From positions 1 through 49,607 of the forward strand of contig CAYJWN010000004.1 in NCBI GenBank assembly GCA_964373835.1: a stretch of 49,607 nucleotides of DNA. Direction: 5' to 3'. Shown one piece after another: positions 36,513 to 48,228 of the stretch. The position numbers were made by a program, and so were the translations under genes. Numbering within the stretch: position 1 is the first letter of the stretch; each line of letters starts with the position of its first letter. The notes below the pieces were generated by a model. The model did no database searches. It had not been told where the DNA came from and saw only the letters and a program-made list of their open reading frames with translations. Source of the DNA: an uncultured Planctomycetales bacterium. Its GTDB lineage: Bacteria > Omnitrophota > Gorgyraeia > Aquiviventales > Aquiviventaceae.

Positions 36513-36586
36513 TGCCCCAGCGCCGATTCGAACGGCGGACACGCGGTTTAGGAAACCGCTGCTCTTCCATACTGAGCTACTGGGGC
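36513..36586 (-). tRNA. tRNA-Arg(CCT)
   Basis: GCCCCAG acceptor, TAGCTCAG D-arm, GCGGT-TTCCTAA-ACCGC anticodon arm, CGCCG-TTCGAAT-CGGCG T-arm; CCA not encoded. Confidence 0.95.
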
Positions 36587-36634
36587 TCGCTCACTATAAG
36601 AGAGGTGATGGTTCGCTCTCCAGCAACAGTTTGT

Positions 36635-37546
36635 TCAGCGGCGGCTGTGAGCTCTCTTCTTCAATCGTCCGTTCGAGGGCGGTTTTTTTGTGGTGGTTTG
36701 TTGAGCGGGAACTTGCGGAATGGCGTTGGTCTGCGCTTGTTCTTCCGCGGCGATGAAGCCGCGGAGTTTGCGCATGGCGGCGACCTCGATCTGCCGGACG
36801 CGCTCCCGGGTAATGCCGAAGAACTTCGCCGTCTCACCCAGAGTGCGGCTCACCCTATCTGCCAGCCCGTAGCGGAGCGTCAAGACGCGCCGCTCGCGCT
36901 CGTTCATCTTCTGGAGGAGTGCGACGATGCGCTCATGCTGCAGGAAGCGGGTGATGTCCTCCTGCGGCGAGGGGGTCGTCTCATCCTGCAAGAGATCGAT
37001 CATCTCCGTCTCGCCTTCTTCCCCGATCGGCGTTTCAAGCGACGTCGTCTGGGACGCGGTCACCAGCTCCTGCAGCCGCTCGATGCGCTCAACGGGTAGG
37101 CGCATGCGCTTGGCGATCTCCGTCGCGGTGGGCCGGCGCCCGAGCTTCTGCGAGAGCTCTTCGCTGATGCGCTTGAACTTCGAGATGAGCTCAGTCATGT
37201 AGACCGGGATGCGCACCGTCTTGCCCTGGTTGGCGATGGCGCGGGTGATGTACTGCCGGATCCACCAGGCGCCGTAGGTGGAGAACCGAAAGCCCTTGCG
37301 CGGGTTGTACTTCATCACCGCCTTCATCAAGCCGAGGTTGCCTTCTTCGATGAGATCCAGCAGCGGCACGCCCAGATGGGAGTAACGCTTGGCGATGTTG
37401 ATGACGAGGCGCAGGTTGGAGAGCGTCATCTGCCGTTTCGCCGCGGTGTCGCCCCTCTTGATCTTTTTTGCGAGCTCGATCTCCTGCTTGGCGCTCAAGA
37501 GCGGGATGGATTTGATGTCTTTCAGGTAGGAGCGGATGGGATCCAT
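36635..37546 (-). CDS. Sigma-70 family factor (RpoD/RpoS-like, no region 1.1)
   Basis: DPIRSYLK.I...PLL, NLRLV..IAKRY, DLIEEGNLGL, FSTYGAWWIRQ, TRERVRQIE. Confidence 0.93.
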   Translation of the reverse strand: MDPIRSYLKDIKSIPLLSAKQEIELAKKIKRGDTAAKRQMTLSNLRLVINIAKRYSHLGVPLLDLIEEGNLGLMKAVMKYNPRKGFRFSTYGAWWIRQYITRAIANQGKTVRIPVYMTELISKFKRISEELSQKLGRRPTATEIAKRMRLPVERIERLQELVTASQTTSLETPIGEEGETEMIDLLQDETTPSPQEDITRFLQHERIVALLQKMNERERRVLTLRYGLADRVSRTLGETAKFFGITRERVRQIEVAAMRKLRGFIAAEEQAQTNAIPQVPAQQTTTKKPPSNGRLKKRAHSRR

Positions 37547-37554
37547 TAGAAAAT

Positions 37555-37672
37555 GATTACACAGATTCGCAGAGAAGGAACGCACATGAACTGCAGATTA
37601 CACAGATAGAACCGGGTGTTATCTGTGTAATCATCTCTTCGACGGTCGGCTGACTCGCACATCTGTGTAATC
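37555..37672. repeat. Cluster of four GATTACACAGAT 12-mers (2 direct, 2 inverted)
   Basis: Forward copies at 37555 and 37596; reverse copies at 37621 and 37661. Confidence 0.85.
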
Positions 37673-37675
37673 AGG

Positions 37676-40384
<2,709 letters not shown>

Positions 40385-40421
40385 GAAGACTCCTCGCGTT
40401 AACGTGATTCCAGTGGTTTAA

Positions 40422-42665
40422 TCATTTCTGTTGCAAGACGGCAAGTTTCGAGAGGTCGGCGATGCGCTCAGTATACAACGCATGGATCGCCCGCATCAAG
40501 GCGAGCCGGTTTTGCTGCAGCGTCTCCTCGGGCGCATTGACGAGGACTTTGTCAAAAAACGCATGCAGCGGTTCGAAGAAGAGCTCCCCGAAGAGCGTCG
40601 TCGCCTCGGTGTACGATTTTTGCTGCGTCAGGCGGACCACCCGCTCTTCATTGGCGCGATACAGCTCCCAGAGCTGCCGCTCGAGGGGCTCTTGGAACCA
40701 GCCGGGATCGACGTCCGGCTGGCGCAGGGCGGCCCCGCGGAGAATGTTGCGCGTGCGCTCGATCACCTTGGCGGCTTTGAGCAGGCTGGGATGCCCGCTG
40801 AGCCGCTGGAGGCTGACGATGCGGTCCATCACATCCACCAGGTCATCGCAGGGGCCGGCGAGGACGGCATCGATACAATCCGTCGGGGTTGCGGTGGGCC
40901 AGGCGAAGGTGTAGAGCCGCTCAAGGAGATAGCGCTGGACCTGATTGCCGGCGGTGGCGACATCCTTCGGCGGCCCCATGCGAAACGGCGGCAAGGAGCC
41001 TCGAACGCGCAGCAGGGGGCTCAAGGGGAGCGGGCGGTGCACCTTCCACGCCACTTCCACGATCCCCTGCGCCGCGCGCCGCAGACCGAAGGGATCCTGG
41101 TCGCCCGTCGGCACAAGGCCCAGGCCGAAATAGCTGGTGAGGGTGTCGTATTTGTCGACGATCGCCAGCGCACTGCCGATTAACGTGCCGGGGAGCCGGT
41201 CGCCCGTTGGAAGGTACTGTTCTTCAATCGCGTGTGCCACCGGCTCCGGTTCCCCGGCATCGAGCGCATAGTACTTGCCGACCACCCCCTGCAGCGTCGG
41301 GAACTCTTTGACCATGGTGCTGACCAGGTCGGCCTTGGCAATTTGACAGGCCCGGCGCAGGTGCTGGCGCTCTTCCTCGGCTAACTGCCACGCCTCCGCG
41401 AGCGGTTCGCTGAGCGCGCGCAGCCGCAGCGTCTTATCCGCCATCGAGCCGATGCGCTCATGGAAGACGACGCCGGACAGGTCCTTCGCCATCTGCTCAA
41501 GGGGGAGGCGCTTGTGGTCCTCGGTCCAAAAGAGCAAGCTGTCGGCCAACCGGGCGTTGAGGATCCGCTCCAGCACCTTCCGGACGGCGGCGGGCTGCCG
41601 TGGTCTGCCCTCGAGGATGGCGATGAAGCGCGGCAGGATGGCGCCGACATGGCCTGGCTCGCGCCGCTCCGACGAGGACTCAATGGCGAAGACGCGTTGA
41701 TATTTCGCCATGCTCGCCAGGAGCACTTCGCGCGGCAGCGCCAGGTAGCGCGGATCCCACTCGCCCACCAGGGCCGCCGGAGACTCCACGAGATGGGCGA
41801 CCTCATCGAGCAGGCCGTGACTGACCATCTCGGGCGAGGTGACGCCGCGACATTGTTTGGCGGTCTTCGCCACGGTCTGGGCAATCCACCTGCGGCGCTC
41901 ATGCTGATCGAGCGTGACGCCGGCGCGTTTCAGCGTCTGCAGGTAGTGTTCGACCGAGGTGATGCGGGTCTCTTGCAACTGTTGCGGCCGTCCCAGGCGG
42001 GTCCTCAAGCCGCTCGTGACGTTCCCAAAAGCGCATCGGATGGGCGTGGAGCCGTACAGGGCCAAGAGCCACCGGATTGGCCGTGCAAAACGCACGCCGC
42101 TTGCGTCCCACCGCATCGTCTTGGGGGAGCGCAACGCGCCAATCAGCTCCGGGAGGAGGCTCGACAACACCTGGCCTGTTGGCGTCGTGGTCGGGGGCTT
42201 GACCAGATACACGTACTCGCCTTTAGGTGATGAGACGAGCTTCGTCTGGGTGAGCGCGCCGCGCTGCGAGCGGAGAAAACCCACAAGCGCCTGCGTCGGC
42301 TTGCCCGCGCCATCATAGGAGACCGCTTTGGATGGGCCGCGAATGTCCTCGGCGGGTTTATGCCGGAACGCTGCGAGCCGGCGGACGATGAGCACAAGAC
42401 GCCGCGGCGTGCCGAAGCTCTGAATCGTCTGATGCGAGAGATGGCGGGCTTGGAACAAGGCGCCCGCTTCCCGGCTGAGCTGTTCGATGAGCCCGGGAAG
42501 ATACGCGGCTGGAAGCTCCTCGGTGCCAATTTCGAAGAGAAGGTCCGCAGCTTGGCTCGGGGCTGAGGGCTGAGGGCTGAGGGCTTTTCGGCTTTTACCC
42601 AGAGCCCCCAGCCCGGAGCCAGAGCGCCCATGGTCTTTTTGATAGGCGCTCTTAGTTCTTCTCAT
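40422..42665 (-). CDS. glyS: Glycine--tRNA ligase beta subunit (repeat-derived N-terminal extension)
   Basis: [19 protein letters not shown]....FARPIRW, KADL...MV.EFP.LQG, DPFGLRR, NRLAL; start uncertain. Confidence 0.93.
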   Translation of the reverse strand: MRRTKSAYQKDHGRSGSGLGALGKSRKALSPQPSAPSQAADLLFEIGTEELPAAYLPGLIEQLSREAGALFQARHLSHQTIQSFGTPRRLVLIVRRLAAFRHKPAEDIRGPSKAVSYDGAGKPTQALVGFLRSQRGALTQTKLVSSPKGEYVYLVKPPTTTPTGQVLSSLLPELIGALRSPKTMRWDASGVRFARPIRWLLALYGSTPIRCAFGNVTSGLRTRLGRPQQLQETRITSVEHYLQTLKRAGVTLDQHERRRWIAQTVAKTAKQCRGVTSPEMVSHGLLDEVAHLVESPAALVGEWDPRYLALPREVLLASMAKYQRVFAIESSSERREPGHVGAILPRFIAILEGRPRQPAAVRKVLERILNARLADSLLFWTEDHKRLPLEQMAKDLSGVVFHERIGSMADKTLRLRALSEPLAEAWQLAEEERQHLRRACQIAKADLVSTMVKEFPTLQGVVGKYYALDAGEPEPVAHAIEEQYLPTGDRLPGTLIGSALAIVDKYDTLTSYFGLGLVPTGDQDPFGLRRAAQGIVEVAWKVHRPLPLSPLLRVRGSLPPFRMGPPKDVATAGNQVQRYLLERLYTFAWPTATPTDCIDAVLAGPCDDLVDVMDRIVSLQRLSGHPSLLKAAKVIERTRNILRGAALRQPDVDPGWFQEPLERQLWELYRANEERVVRLTQQKSYTEATTLFGELFFEPLHAFFDKVLVNAPEETLQQNRLALMRAIHALYTERIADLSKLAVLQQK
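42554..42630. repeat. Inverted 7-mer tandem arrays at the glyQ/glyS junction
   Basis: (GGCTGAG)x3 plus variants, opposed by an AGCC-containing 7-mer arm. Confidence 0.8.
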
Positions 42666-43509
42666 CTTGGTGGCGCTCGAGAGACAGTTCCGCGCAGCGC
42701 TTCGCGAGCGTCCGGATGCGCAGGACGAGCCGGGGGCGGTCGGATTGGCTGATGGCCCCGCGCGCATCCAGCATATTGAACGTGTGGCTGCATTTGAGGA
42801 GCTGCTCATACGCGGGCATCAGGAGCTTCGCATCCAGCAGCCGTTGCGCGTCTTTCTCGAAGCTGGTGAACAGCTGCTGGTGGAGGGCGACGTCCGCGTG
42901 CTCAAAATTGTAGCTGGACTCTTCGCGTTCCTGCGCCAGATGCAGATCGCCGTAGCTTGCCTCAGGTCCCCAGGCCAGACCATAGACATCCGCAGCGCCT
43001 TGAACGAACATCGCGATACGCTCAAGCCCATAGGTGATCTCGCAGGAGATGTGCTGAAGATCAAGCCCCCCCACCTGCTGGAAGTAGGTGAACTGCGTCA
43101 CCTCGAGGCTGTCCATCCACACTTCCCAGCCCAGGCCCCAGGCGCCCAGCGTGGGCGACTCCCAGTCATCCTGGACGAACCGGACATCGTGGTCATCGAG
43201 CTTCAGGCCGCAGGCGCGCAGGCTGTCCAGGTAGAGCTGCCGCACGTCATCGGGCGTCGGCTTGAGGATCACTTGGTACTGGTAGTACCGCTGCATGCGC
43301 AGCGGGTTCTCCCCATAGCGGCCGTCGGTCGGACGGCGTGAGGGCTGGACATACGCGGCCCGGCTCGGCGTCGGGCCCAACGCTCCGAAAAAGGTCGCCG
43401 GATGGAACGTACCCGCACCCACTTCCAGATCGTACGGCTGGAGGATGCAACAGCCCCGCTGCTCCCAGAACGTATCGAGTGTCCGAATCAAGCGCTGAAG
43501 TTGCATCAT
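42652..43509 (-). CDS. glyQ: Glycine--tRNA ligase alpha subunit
   Basis: [59 protein letters not shown]. Confidence 0.98.
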   Translation of the reverse strand: MMQLQRLIRTLDTFWEQRGCCILQPYDLEVGAGTFHPATFFGALGPTPSRAAYVQPSRRPTDGRYGENPLRMQRYYQYQVILKPTPDDVRQLYLDSLRACGLKLDDHDVRFVQDDWESPTLGAWGLGWEVWMDSLEVTQFTYFQQVGGLDLQHISCEITYGLERIAMFVQGAADVYGLAWGPEASYGDLHLAQEREESSYNFEHADVALHQQLFTSFEKDAQRLLDAKLLMPAYEQLLKCSHTFNMLDARGAISQSDRPRLVLRIRTLAKRCAELSLERHQDEKN

Positions 43510-43955
43510 GGCAAGTGTCGAGTGTCGAGTGTCGAGTGTCGAGTACGGGTTGATAACCCACCGCCACTGCTACGTGCGCGGGCAGTCCGTTTTGACGCCA
43601 CAGTGATGGCGATGAGCTCATTTGCTTCTTGTTTCAATACCTGTATTTCTCGAGAGTGACAGACATCCGCTTCTTCGAGAAGCTCAAGCCAGTACATCGC
43701 CTCATCAGCTTCTTCTTCAACGATGGATAGCTTTGCGAGGAAATCTCGAGTAGATCGCGCGCGACATACCGCGCGGTAGTTGGCTCCAACAGAAGAGGCG
43801 CAGCGAATCAACTGGTGAGCCAAGACGCTGCTCTCGCGTGTCTGTGGTAGTTGGTGACAGAATCGGATGACATCAAGAGCAAACTGCTTCATCCGTTGTT
43901 TGAGATTGTCGTATTTAGAAGTTCCGTTTTTCATTCGACACTCGACATTCGTCAT
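43506..43955 (-). CDS. Four-helix-bundle protein (TIGR02436 / 23S-rRNA IVP-like)
   Basis: L..R...FAL......LP........[36 protein letters not shown]...EANEL.AI; ATGA overlaps with both neighbours. Confidence 0.92.
   Translation of the reverse strand: MTNVECRMKNGTSKYDNLKQRMKQFALDVIRFCHQLPQTRESSVLAHQLIRCASSVGANYRAVCRARSTRDFLAKLSIVEEEADEAMYWLELLEEADVCHSREIQVLKQEANELIAITVASKRTARARSSGGGLSTRTRHSTLDTRHLP
43514..43544. repeat. (AGTGTCG)x4 7-mer array at the 3' end of the four-helix-bundle gene
   Basis: Four exact copies plus AGT. Confidence 0.92.
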
Positions 43956-43964
43956 TCGACATTT
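43932..43964. repeat. CAYTCGW 7-mer array at the 5' end of the four-helix-bundle gene
   Basis: CATTCGA CACTCGA CATTCGT CATTCGA CATTT; reverse complement of the 43514 array unit. Confidence 0.88.
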
Positions 43965-44689
43965 CCAATAGCTGTTAGGGTCTTCAGGGGATGGTCGAGC
44001 CGCCAGCGCAAAAAGTCATCAAGCCGCCGGCAGAGCCGTTGGGTCACCTGCGGGTCAAGGATACGTGGTCGATCGCTCTCGGAGAGCTGTGCCAACGCCT
44101 CCAGCGTCTCGGGCAGGGCCGGTTCAGCGTTGGGGTCCTCGTGCAAGCACTGCGGGCACAAGAGGCCCCCGTGGCGGGCGCTCCAGTAGCCGGCTGCATG
44201 GACCGACCCGCTGCACCCGGTGCACTCATCAAGCTGCGGCTGGAACCCGGCCAATCGCAACAGGCGGAGGATGAAGTGCGCCCGGAGAGCGGCCCGATCG
44301 CTGCTCTGAAGCGCCAAGCGTTCCAAGGTGTCCTTCAGCAGGTGGTAGATGGCCGGCTGCGGTTCTTCCAGGGGCACGACCGTGTCGACCAGCTCCACAC
44401 AGAGGGCCGCGACTTGCATGGTCTTCAAGTCGCGCTGCAGTTCAGACAGCGGCGCCAGCAGCTCACACTGGCTGATCAGGTGGAGCTGGCTGGTCTGCGT
44501 ATCGTAAAAGACGATGCGGTTCACCGTCATGGGTTCCATCGCGCTTCGGTGGCGGTTCGGCTGCGCCCGCAAACCTTTCACCAACCCCTTGAGTTTGCCG
44601 TATCGATCTGTGAGGCAGGTGACAATGACGCTGGTTTCTCGAAACAGGTGCCGCCGCAAGACGATCGCGTCGGTCGTGTGGACGCCCAT
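43952..44689 (-). CDS. recO: DNA repair protein RecO
   Basis: AIVLR....ETS.IV...T..YGK....KG; Zn finger CTGC...LLCPQC; ybeY-recO-glyQ synteny. Confidence 0.94.
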   Translation of the reverse strand: MGVHTTDAIVLRRHLFRETSVIVTCLTDRYGKLKGLVKGLRAQPNRHRSAMEPMTVNRIVFYDTQTSQLHLISQCELLAPLSELQRDLKTMQVAALCVELVDTVVPLEEPQPAIYHLLKDTLERLALQSSDRAALRAHFILRLLRLAGFQPQLDECTGCSGSVHAAGYWSARHGGLLCPQCLHEDPNAEPALPETLEALAQLSESDRPRILDPQVTQRLCRRLDDFLRWRLDHPLKTLTAIGNVE

Positions 44690-45264
44690 CAGTAACGCGT
44701 GGGGCTGTGGGTTCTGGGCTGTGGGCTCTGGGCAGTGACCCTGAGCCCGGAGCCCGGAGCCCGGACCAACACTCCGCAGCGAGCAAGCAGGTCATCTTCA
44801 AGAGCTCGTATACGGCGTTGCTGGGCCGGCGTGCGATCATCATAGCCGAGCCAGTGGAGCAGCCCATGCACGATGTAGCGGGACAGCTCGACGGTATAGG
44901 CAACGCCATGCCGCCGTGCGTAGACCTGCGCTTGCCGCGGAGCGATGAGGATCTCGCCGATCACCTGCCTGCGCCCCCGCGGCTTCGCTTGGCGAAGCCA
45001 AGCGTGCGGGGGCAGGCAGGCCGGCTCGTCGTGATAACGAAAGCTCAGCACGTCCGTCGTCCAATCGTGACGCATGAAGCGTTTGTTCAGCGCGCGCATC
45101 CGGTGTACCTCAATGAAGGTGATGGCGATCTCGCCGGCGGCGCGGATGCCCAGCCGCCTGGCGGCACCACGCGCCACCGCCCGCATGCGGGCCAACGAGA
45201 CGGGGACGGAGCGCTGGGCGTTGGTGACGCGGAGGCGCACCTCAGTGACGATCGTGCTGCTCAT
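44689..45264 (-). CDS. ybeY: rRNA maturation RNase YbeY (palindromic insertion and repeat-derived C-terminal tail)
   Basis: M..LN..F....TDVLSF, GEILI, VHGLLHWLGYDD; phoH-ybeY synteny; start could alternatively be the GTG at 45240. Confidence 0.9.
   Translation of the reverse strand: MSSTIVTEVRLRVTNAQRSVPVSLARMRAVARGAARRLGIRAAGEIAITFIEVHRMRALNKRFMRHDWTTDVLSFRYHDEPACLPPHAWLRQAKPRGRRQVIGEILIAPRQAQVYARRHGVAYTVELSRYIVHGLLHWLGYDDRTPAQQRRIRALEDDLLARCGVLVRAPGSGLRVTAQSPQPRTHSPTRY
44700..44765. repeat. Inverted 7-mer tandem arrays at the ybeY/recO junction
   Basis: GTGGGTT CTGGGCT GTGGGCT CTGGGCA opposed by ACCCTGA (GCCCGGA)x3. Confidence 0.85.
44964..45020. repeat. 57-bp nested palindrome inserted in frame in ybeY
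   Basis: CCTGCCTGC/GCAGGCAGG outer IR, GGCTTCGC/GCGAAGCC inner IR. Confidence 0.75.
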
Positions 45265-46195
45265 AGGCCTGGATGATGGCTTGCACCAGCTCATGGCGCA
45301 CGACGTCCTGGCCGCTGAACAGGGTGAACGTGATCCCGGGGATGTCGGCCAAGAGCCGACGCACCTGGATCAGGCCGGAGGTTTTCTCAGACGGCAGGTC
45401 GATCTGCGTCACATCGCCGGTCACGACCACCTTCGAGTCAAATCCGATCCGCGTCAGGAACATCTTCATCTGCTCGCTGGTGGTATTCTGCGCCTCATCC
45501 AGGATGATGAAGGAGTCGTTGAGCGTGCGCCCGCGCATGTAGGCCAGCGGAGCGACTTCGATGATCTCGCGGTCCAGGTAGCGCTGGACCATGTCCACTT
45601 CCATCATTTCATAGAGCGCGTCATAGAGCGGACGCAGGTAGGGGTTGATCTTCTCCGCCAGATCCCCTGGCAGATACCCGAGGCGCTCCCCTGCCTCGAC
45701 GGCCGGGCGGGTGAGGATGATCCGCGAGACTTCGCCTTTGGTGAGGTTTTCGACCGCCATCGCCATCCCCAAATAGGTTTTTCCGGTGCCGGCCGGCCCG
45801 ATCCCGAAGACGATATCATCGCGGCGCATGGCCTCCACATAGGCTTTCTGCCCCGGGGTGCGCGGGATGACGAAACGGCGTTTTGAGGGGACTTCGATGC
45901 GCTCCTGGTAGATTTGGCGCAGCTGGATCAATCGGGGATCCTGCAGGGCGCGCACCGCGTAGTCGAGGTCCTCCTTTCGCAGCGGGGCCCCGGAACGGAC
46001 GATCACCAACAGATCGTCGAAGAGCCGCGCCGTCTTGCCGATGGCTTCCTCCGACCCGCTGATTTTGAGTTCCTCTGCGCGCAGGACGATGGACACCCCG
46101 AGCGCCTGCTCGATCTTCCGAAGGTGCTGGTCGTGTTTGCCAAAGAGCGCCTGGGCTTCCTGGGCGCTCCGCACCGCCAGCAACTGCTCAGCCAT
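45242..46195 (-). CDS. phoH: PhoH-family ATPase (YbeZ)
   Basis: GPAGTGKT, RPAVEAGERLGYLPG, APLAYMRGRT, DEAQN, GDVTQIDL, DVVRH.LV. Confidence 0.96.
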   Translation of the reverse strand: MAEQLLAVRSAQEAQALFGKHDQHLRKIEQALGVSIVLRAEELKISGSEEAIGKTARLFDDLLVIVRSGAPLRKEDLDYAVRALQDPRLIQLRQIYQERIEVPSKRRFVIPRTPGQKAYVEAMRRDDIVFGIGPAGTGKTYLGMAMAVENLTKGEVSRIILTRPAVEAGERLGYLPGDLAEKINPYLRPLYDALYEMMEVDMVQRYLDREIIEVAPLAYMRGRTLNDSFIILDEAQNTTSEQMKMFLTRIGFDSKVVVTGDVTQIDLPSEKTSGLIQVRRLLADIPGITFTLFSGQDVVRHELVQAIIQAYEQHDRH

Positions 46196-46204
46196 TCTCA
46201 ACGT

Positions 46205-46765
46205 CTACTTCTTGAACGTGACGCCTTCATCGTCATAGGTCGTGGAGCCTGCTCCGCTGTCTCCGCGCGGGATCTTCAGCGTCATGCCCGCTCGAAGCCG
46301 ATCCGGGCTGCCCTTCAGCAGCTCGCGATTGGCGTCGAAAATCCGCCGCCACCGGGTGGCTTTCCCGTAGATTTCCGGTTTGGCCGCAATTGACCACAAC
46401 GAGTCGCCCTTTTGCACCACGTAGGTGTCATACGACGTGACTCCTGCAGCAACGCGCACCGGTCCCGCCTCGCGTGCCGCATCCGTTTCAGGAGCCGCAA
46501 TGTCATCCAGGCGGACTGTGACGCCTGGCGGTTTCGGCTGATAAAAGCTGGGGATCTCGACATCGGTTTCGATCATCTGCCGCGTGGTCTTCAGGCGTTT
46601 GGGCTCTGGCGGGGTGCCGACGAGGTAGCCCCGGTTGCCGCCGCTGAGTTCGAGGTCGACGCGCGGCACCTCCGTGATCCGTGTCGCTATGCGGGTCGGG
46701 GTTCGACATCCAACCGCCAGCAAGATGCCGCTGATTCCACACAGTACGAGGCTCAAGGTTCGCAT
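46205..46765 (-). CDS. LysM-domain lipoprotein
   Basis: AGGAGGAGG SD; lipobox LAVGC; YVVQKGDSLWSIA...IFDAN...L.AG.TLKIP. Confidence 0.9.
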   Translation of the reverse strand: MRTLSLVLCGISGILLAVGCRTPTRIATRITEVPRVDLELSGGNRGYLVGTPPEPKRLKTTRQMIETDVEIPSFYQPKPPGVTVRLDDIAAPETDAAREAGPVRVAAGVTSYDTYVVQKGDSLWSIAAKPEIYGKATRWRRIFDANRELLKGSPDRLRAGMTLKIPRGDSGAGSTTYDDEGVTFKK

Positions 46766-46827
46766 CGGCCTCCTCCTTTTTCTCGAACCCATCCCATCGG
46801 TGTTGGGATGGGTTCTCCTCTGTTAGC

Positions 46828-48210
46828 TCATCCCTTTAATACGACGATGCCAAGTTCCTTTAACTGCGCGTCCGTCACCGGCGAGGGGGCGTCCGTCACC
46901 GGATCGGCCGCTTTCTGGGTTTTGGGAAACGCGATCACGTCGCGGATGGAGGGCGCATGCGTCACCTGCGCGATGAGCCGATCAAGCCCCAGCGCGAACC
47001 CGCCATGGGGCGGCGCCCCGTACGAGAAGGCCTGGAGCAAAAAGCCGAAGCGTTCCTGCACCGTCGCGTCGCTGAGGCCCAGGACCTGGAAGATCTGGCG
47101 CTGAAGCGGCTCCTGGTGGATCCGAATGCTGCCGGATCCCAGCTCGAGGCCGTTGAGCACGAGATCATACGCTCGCGCGCGGACCGAGCCGGGATCCTGC
47201 CGGAGCCGGTCCACATCGTGCGGGTGCGGCGCGGTGAATGGGTGGTGCTCCGCGTCCCAACGCTTCGTCTGCTCATCCCGGCGAAAGAGCGGAAACTCCG
47301 TCACCCAACAAAACGCCCAGGGGCAGGCCTCCGTGCGCAGGTTGGGTTTGTCCGTGCCGTAGCGCTCCTGAGCTTCGCGATAGGTCAGCCGCGGAAACGG
47401 GGTGGTGAGCGGGACGTTGAGCGTCTCACTGAACACGCGGCTCAGGACGCGTTCCATGACCGCATAGATGTCCTCTTCCTCGACGAACGACATCTCAAGG
47501 TCAAGCTGCGTGAACTCCGGCTGGCGGTCCGCCCGCAGGTCCTCATCGCGAAAGCAGCGCGCCACTTGGAAGTACCGCTCCACACCCGCCACCATCAGGA
47601 GCTGTTTGAAGAGCTGCGGCGACTGCGGCAGCGCGAAGAACCGGCCGGGGTTGAGGCGCGACGGCACGAGGTAGTCGCGCGCGCCTTCCGGCGTGGATTT
47701 CGTGAGGATCGGCGTTTCAATGTCAAGGAACCCCAGCGCATCCAGCTCCTGCCGCATCTGATGGATGACGCGATGCCGGAGGAGCAGCTTCTGCTGGCTC
47801 ACCGGGCGCCGCAGATCAAGGTAGCGCCACTGCATGCGGACATCCTCCGAGGCGTCCACCTGGTCGTCGATCTCAAACGGCGGTGGGGTGGCCGGATTCA
47901 GCACCTCGACCGCGCTCGCGGAGACCTCCACCACCCCCGACGGCAGCTTGGGGTTCTCGGCGCCCTTGGGCCTCGCGCGCACCGTGCCGGTGATGCGCAG
48001 GACGTACTCCGGCCCCAGGGTTTTGGCCTGTTGATGCAGCTCCGGGTTGGTCTTCGTGTTGAACACGACTTGGGCGATGCCGGATCGATCTCGAAGGTCA
48101 AAGAAGGTCAGGCCGCCGTGATCGCGCCGTCGATGGAGCCAGCCGCAGAGCGTCACGCTCTGGCCGATGAGCGGCTCTTTCAGCTCGCCACAGCCATGTG
48201 TTCGCATCAT
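46828..48210 (-). CDS. aspS: Aspartate--tRNA ligase, bacterial type lacking the GAD insertion
   Basis: MRTH.CG, RRRDHGG..F.DLRD, TPEGARDYLVPSR, LPQSPQLFKQ, FRDEDLRADRQPEF, GAPPHGG.ALGLDR. Confidence 0.97.
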   Translation of the reverse strand: MMRTHGCGELKEPLIGQSVTLCGWLHRRRDHGGLTFFDLRDRSGIAQVVFNTKTNPELHQQAKTLGPEYVLRITGTVRARPKGAENPKLPSGVVEVSASAVEVLNPATPPPFEIDDQVDASEDVRMQWRYLDLRRPVSQQKLLLRHRVIHQMRQELDALGFLDIETPILTKSTPEGARDYLVPSRLNPGRFFALPQSPQLFKQLLMVAGVERYFQVARCFRDEDLRADRQPEFTQLDLEMSFVEEEDIYAVMERVLSRVFSETLNVPLTTPFPRLTYREAQERYGTDKPNLRTEACPWAFCWVTEFPLFRRDEQTKRWDAEHHPFTAPHPHDVDRLRQDPGSVRARAYDLVLNGLELGSGSIRIHQEPLQRQIFQVLGLSDATVQERFGFLLQAFSYGAPPHGGFALGLDRLIAQVTHAPSIRDVIAFPKTQKAADPVTDAPSPVTDAQLKELGIVVLKG

Positions 48211-48228
48211 CACAGGACAGTGCGTCGG

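Noticed and set aside
34843..36586. tRNA-integrated genomic island (lower-GC porin next to tRNA-Arg)
   Set aside because: No integrase and no duplicated tRNA 3' end seen; the composition is better explained by high expression.
37555..37672. CRISPR array
   Set aside because: Repeats are 12 bp, in mixed orientation and irregularly spaced; no cas genes.
41640..41690. Possible repeat insertion in GlyS ([13 protein letters not shown])
   Set aside because: Slightly long loop, but no clear inverted repeat or duplication visible.
43506..43955. Diversity-generating retroelement (Avd)
   Set aside because: No reverse transcriptase and no TR/VR pair in the window.
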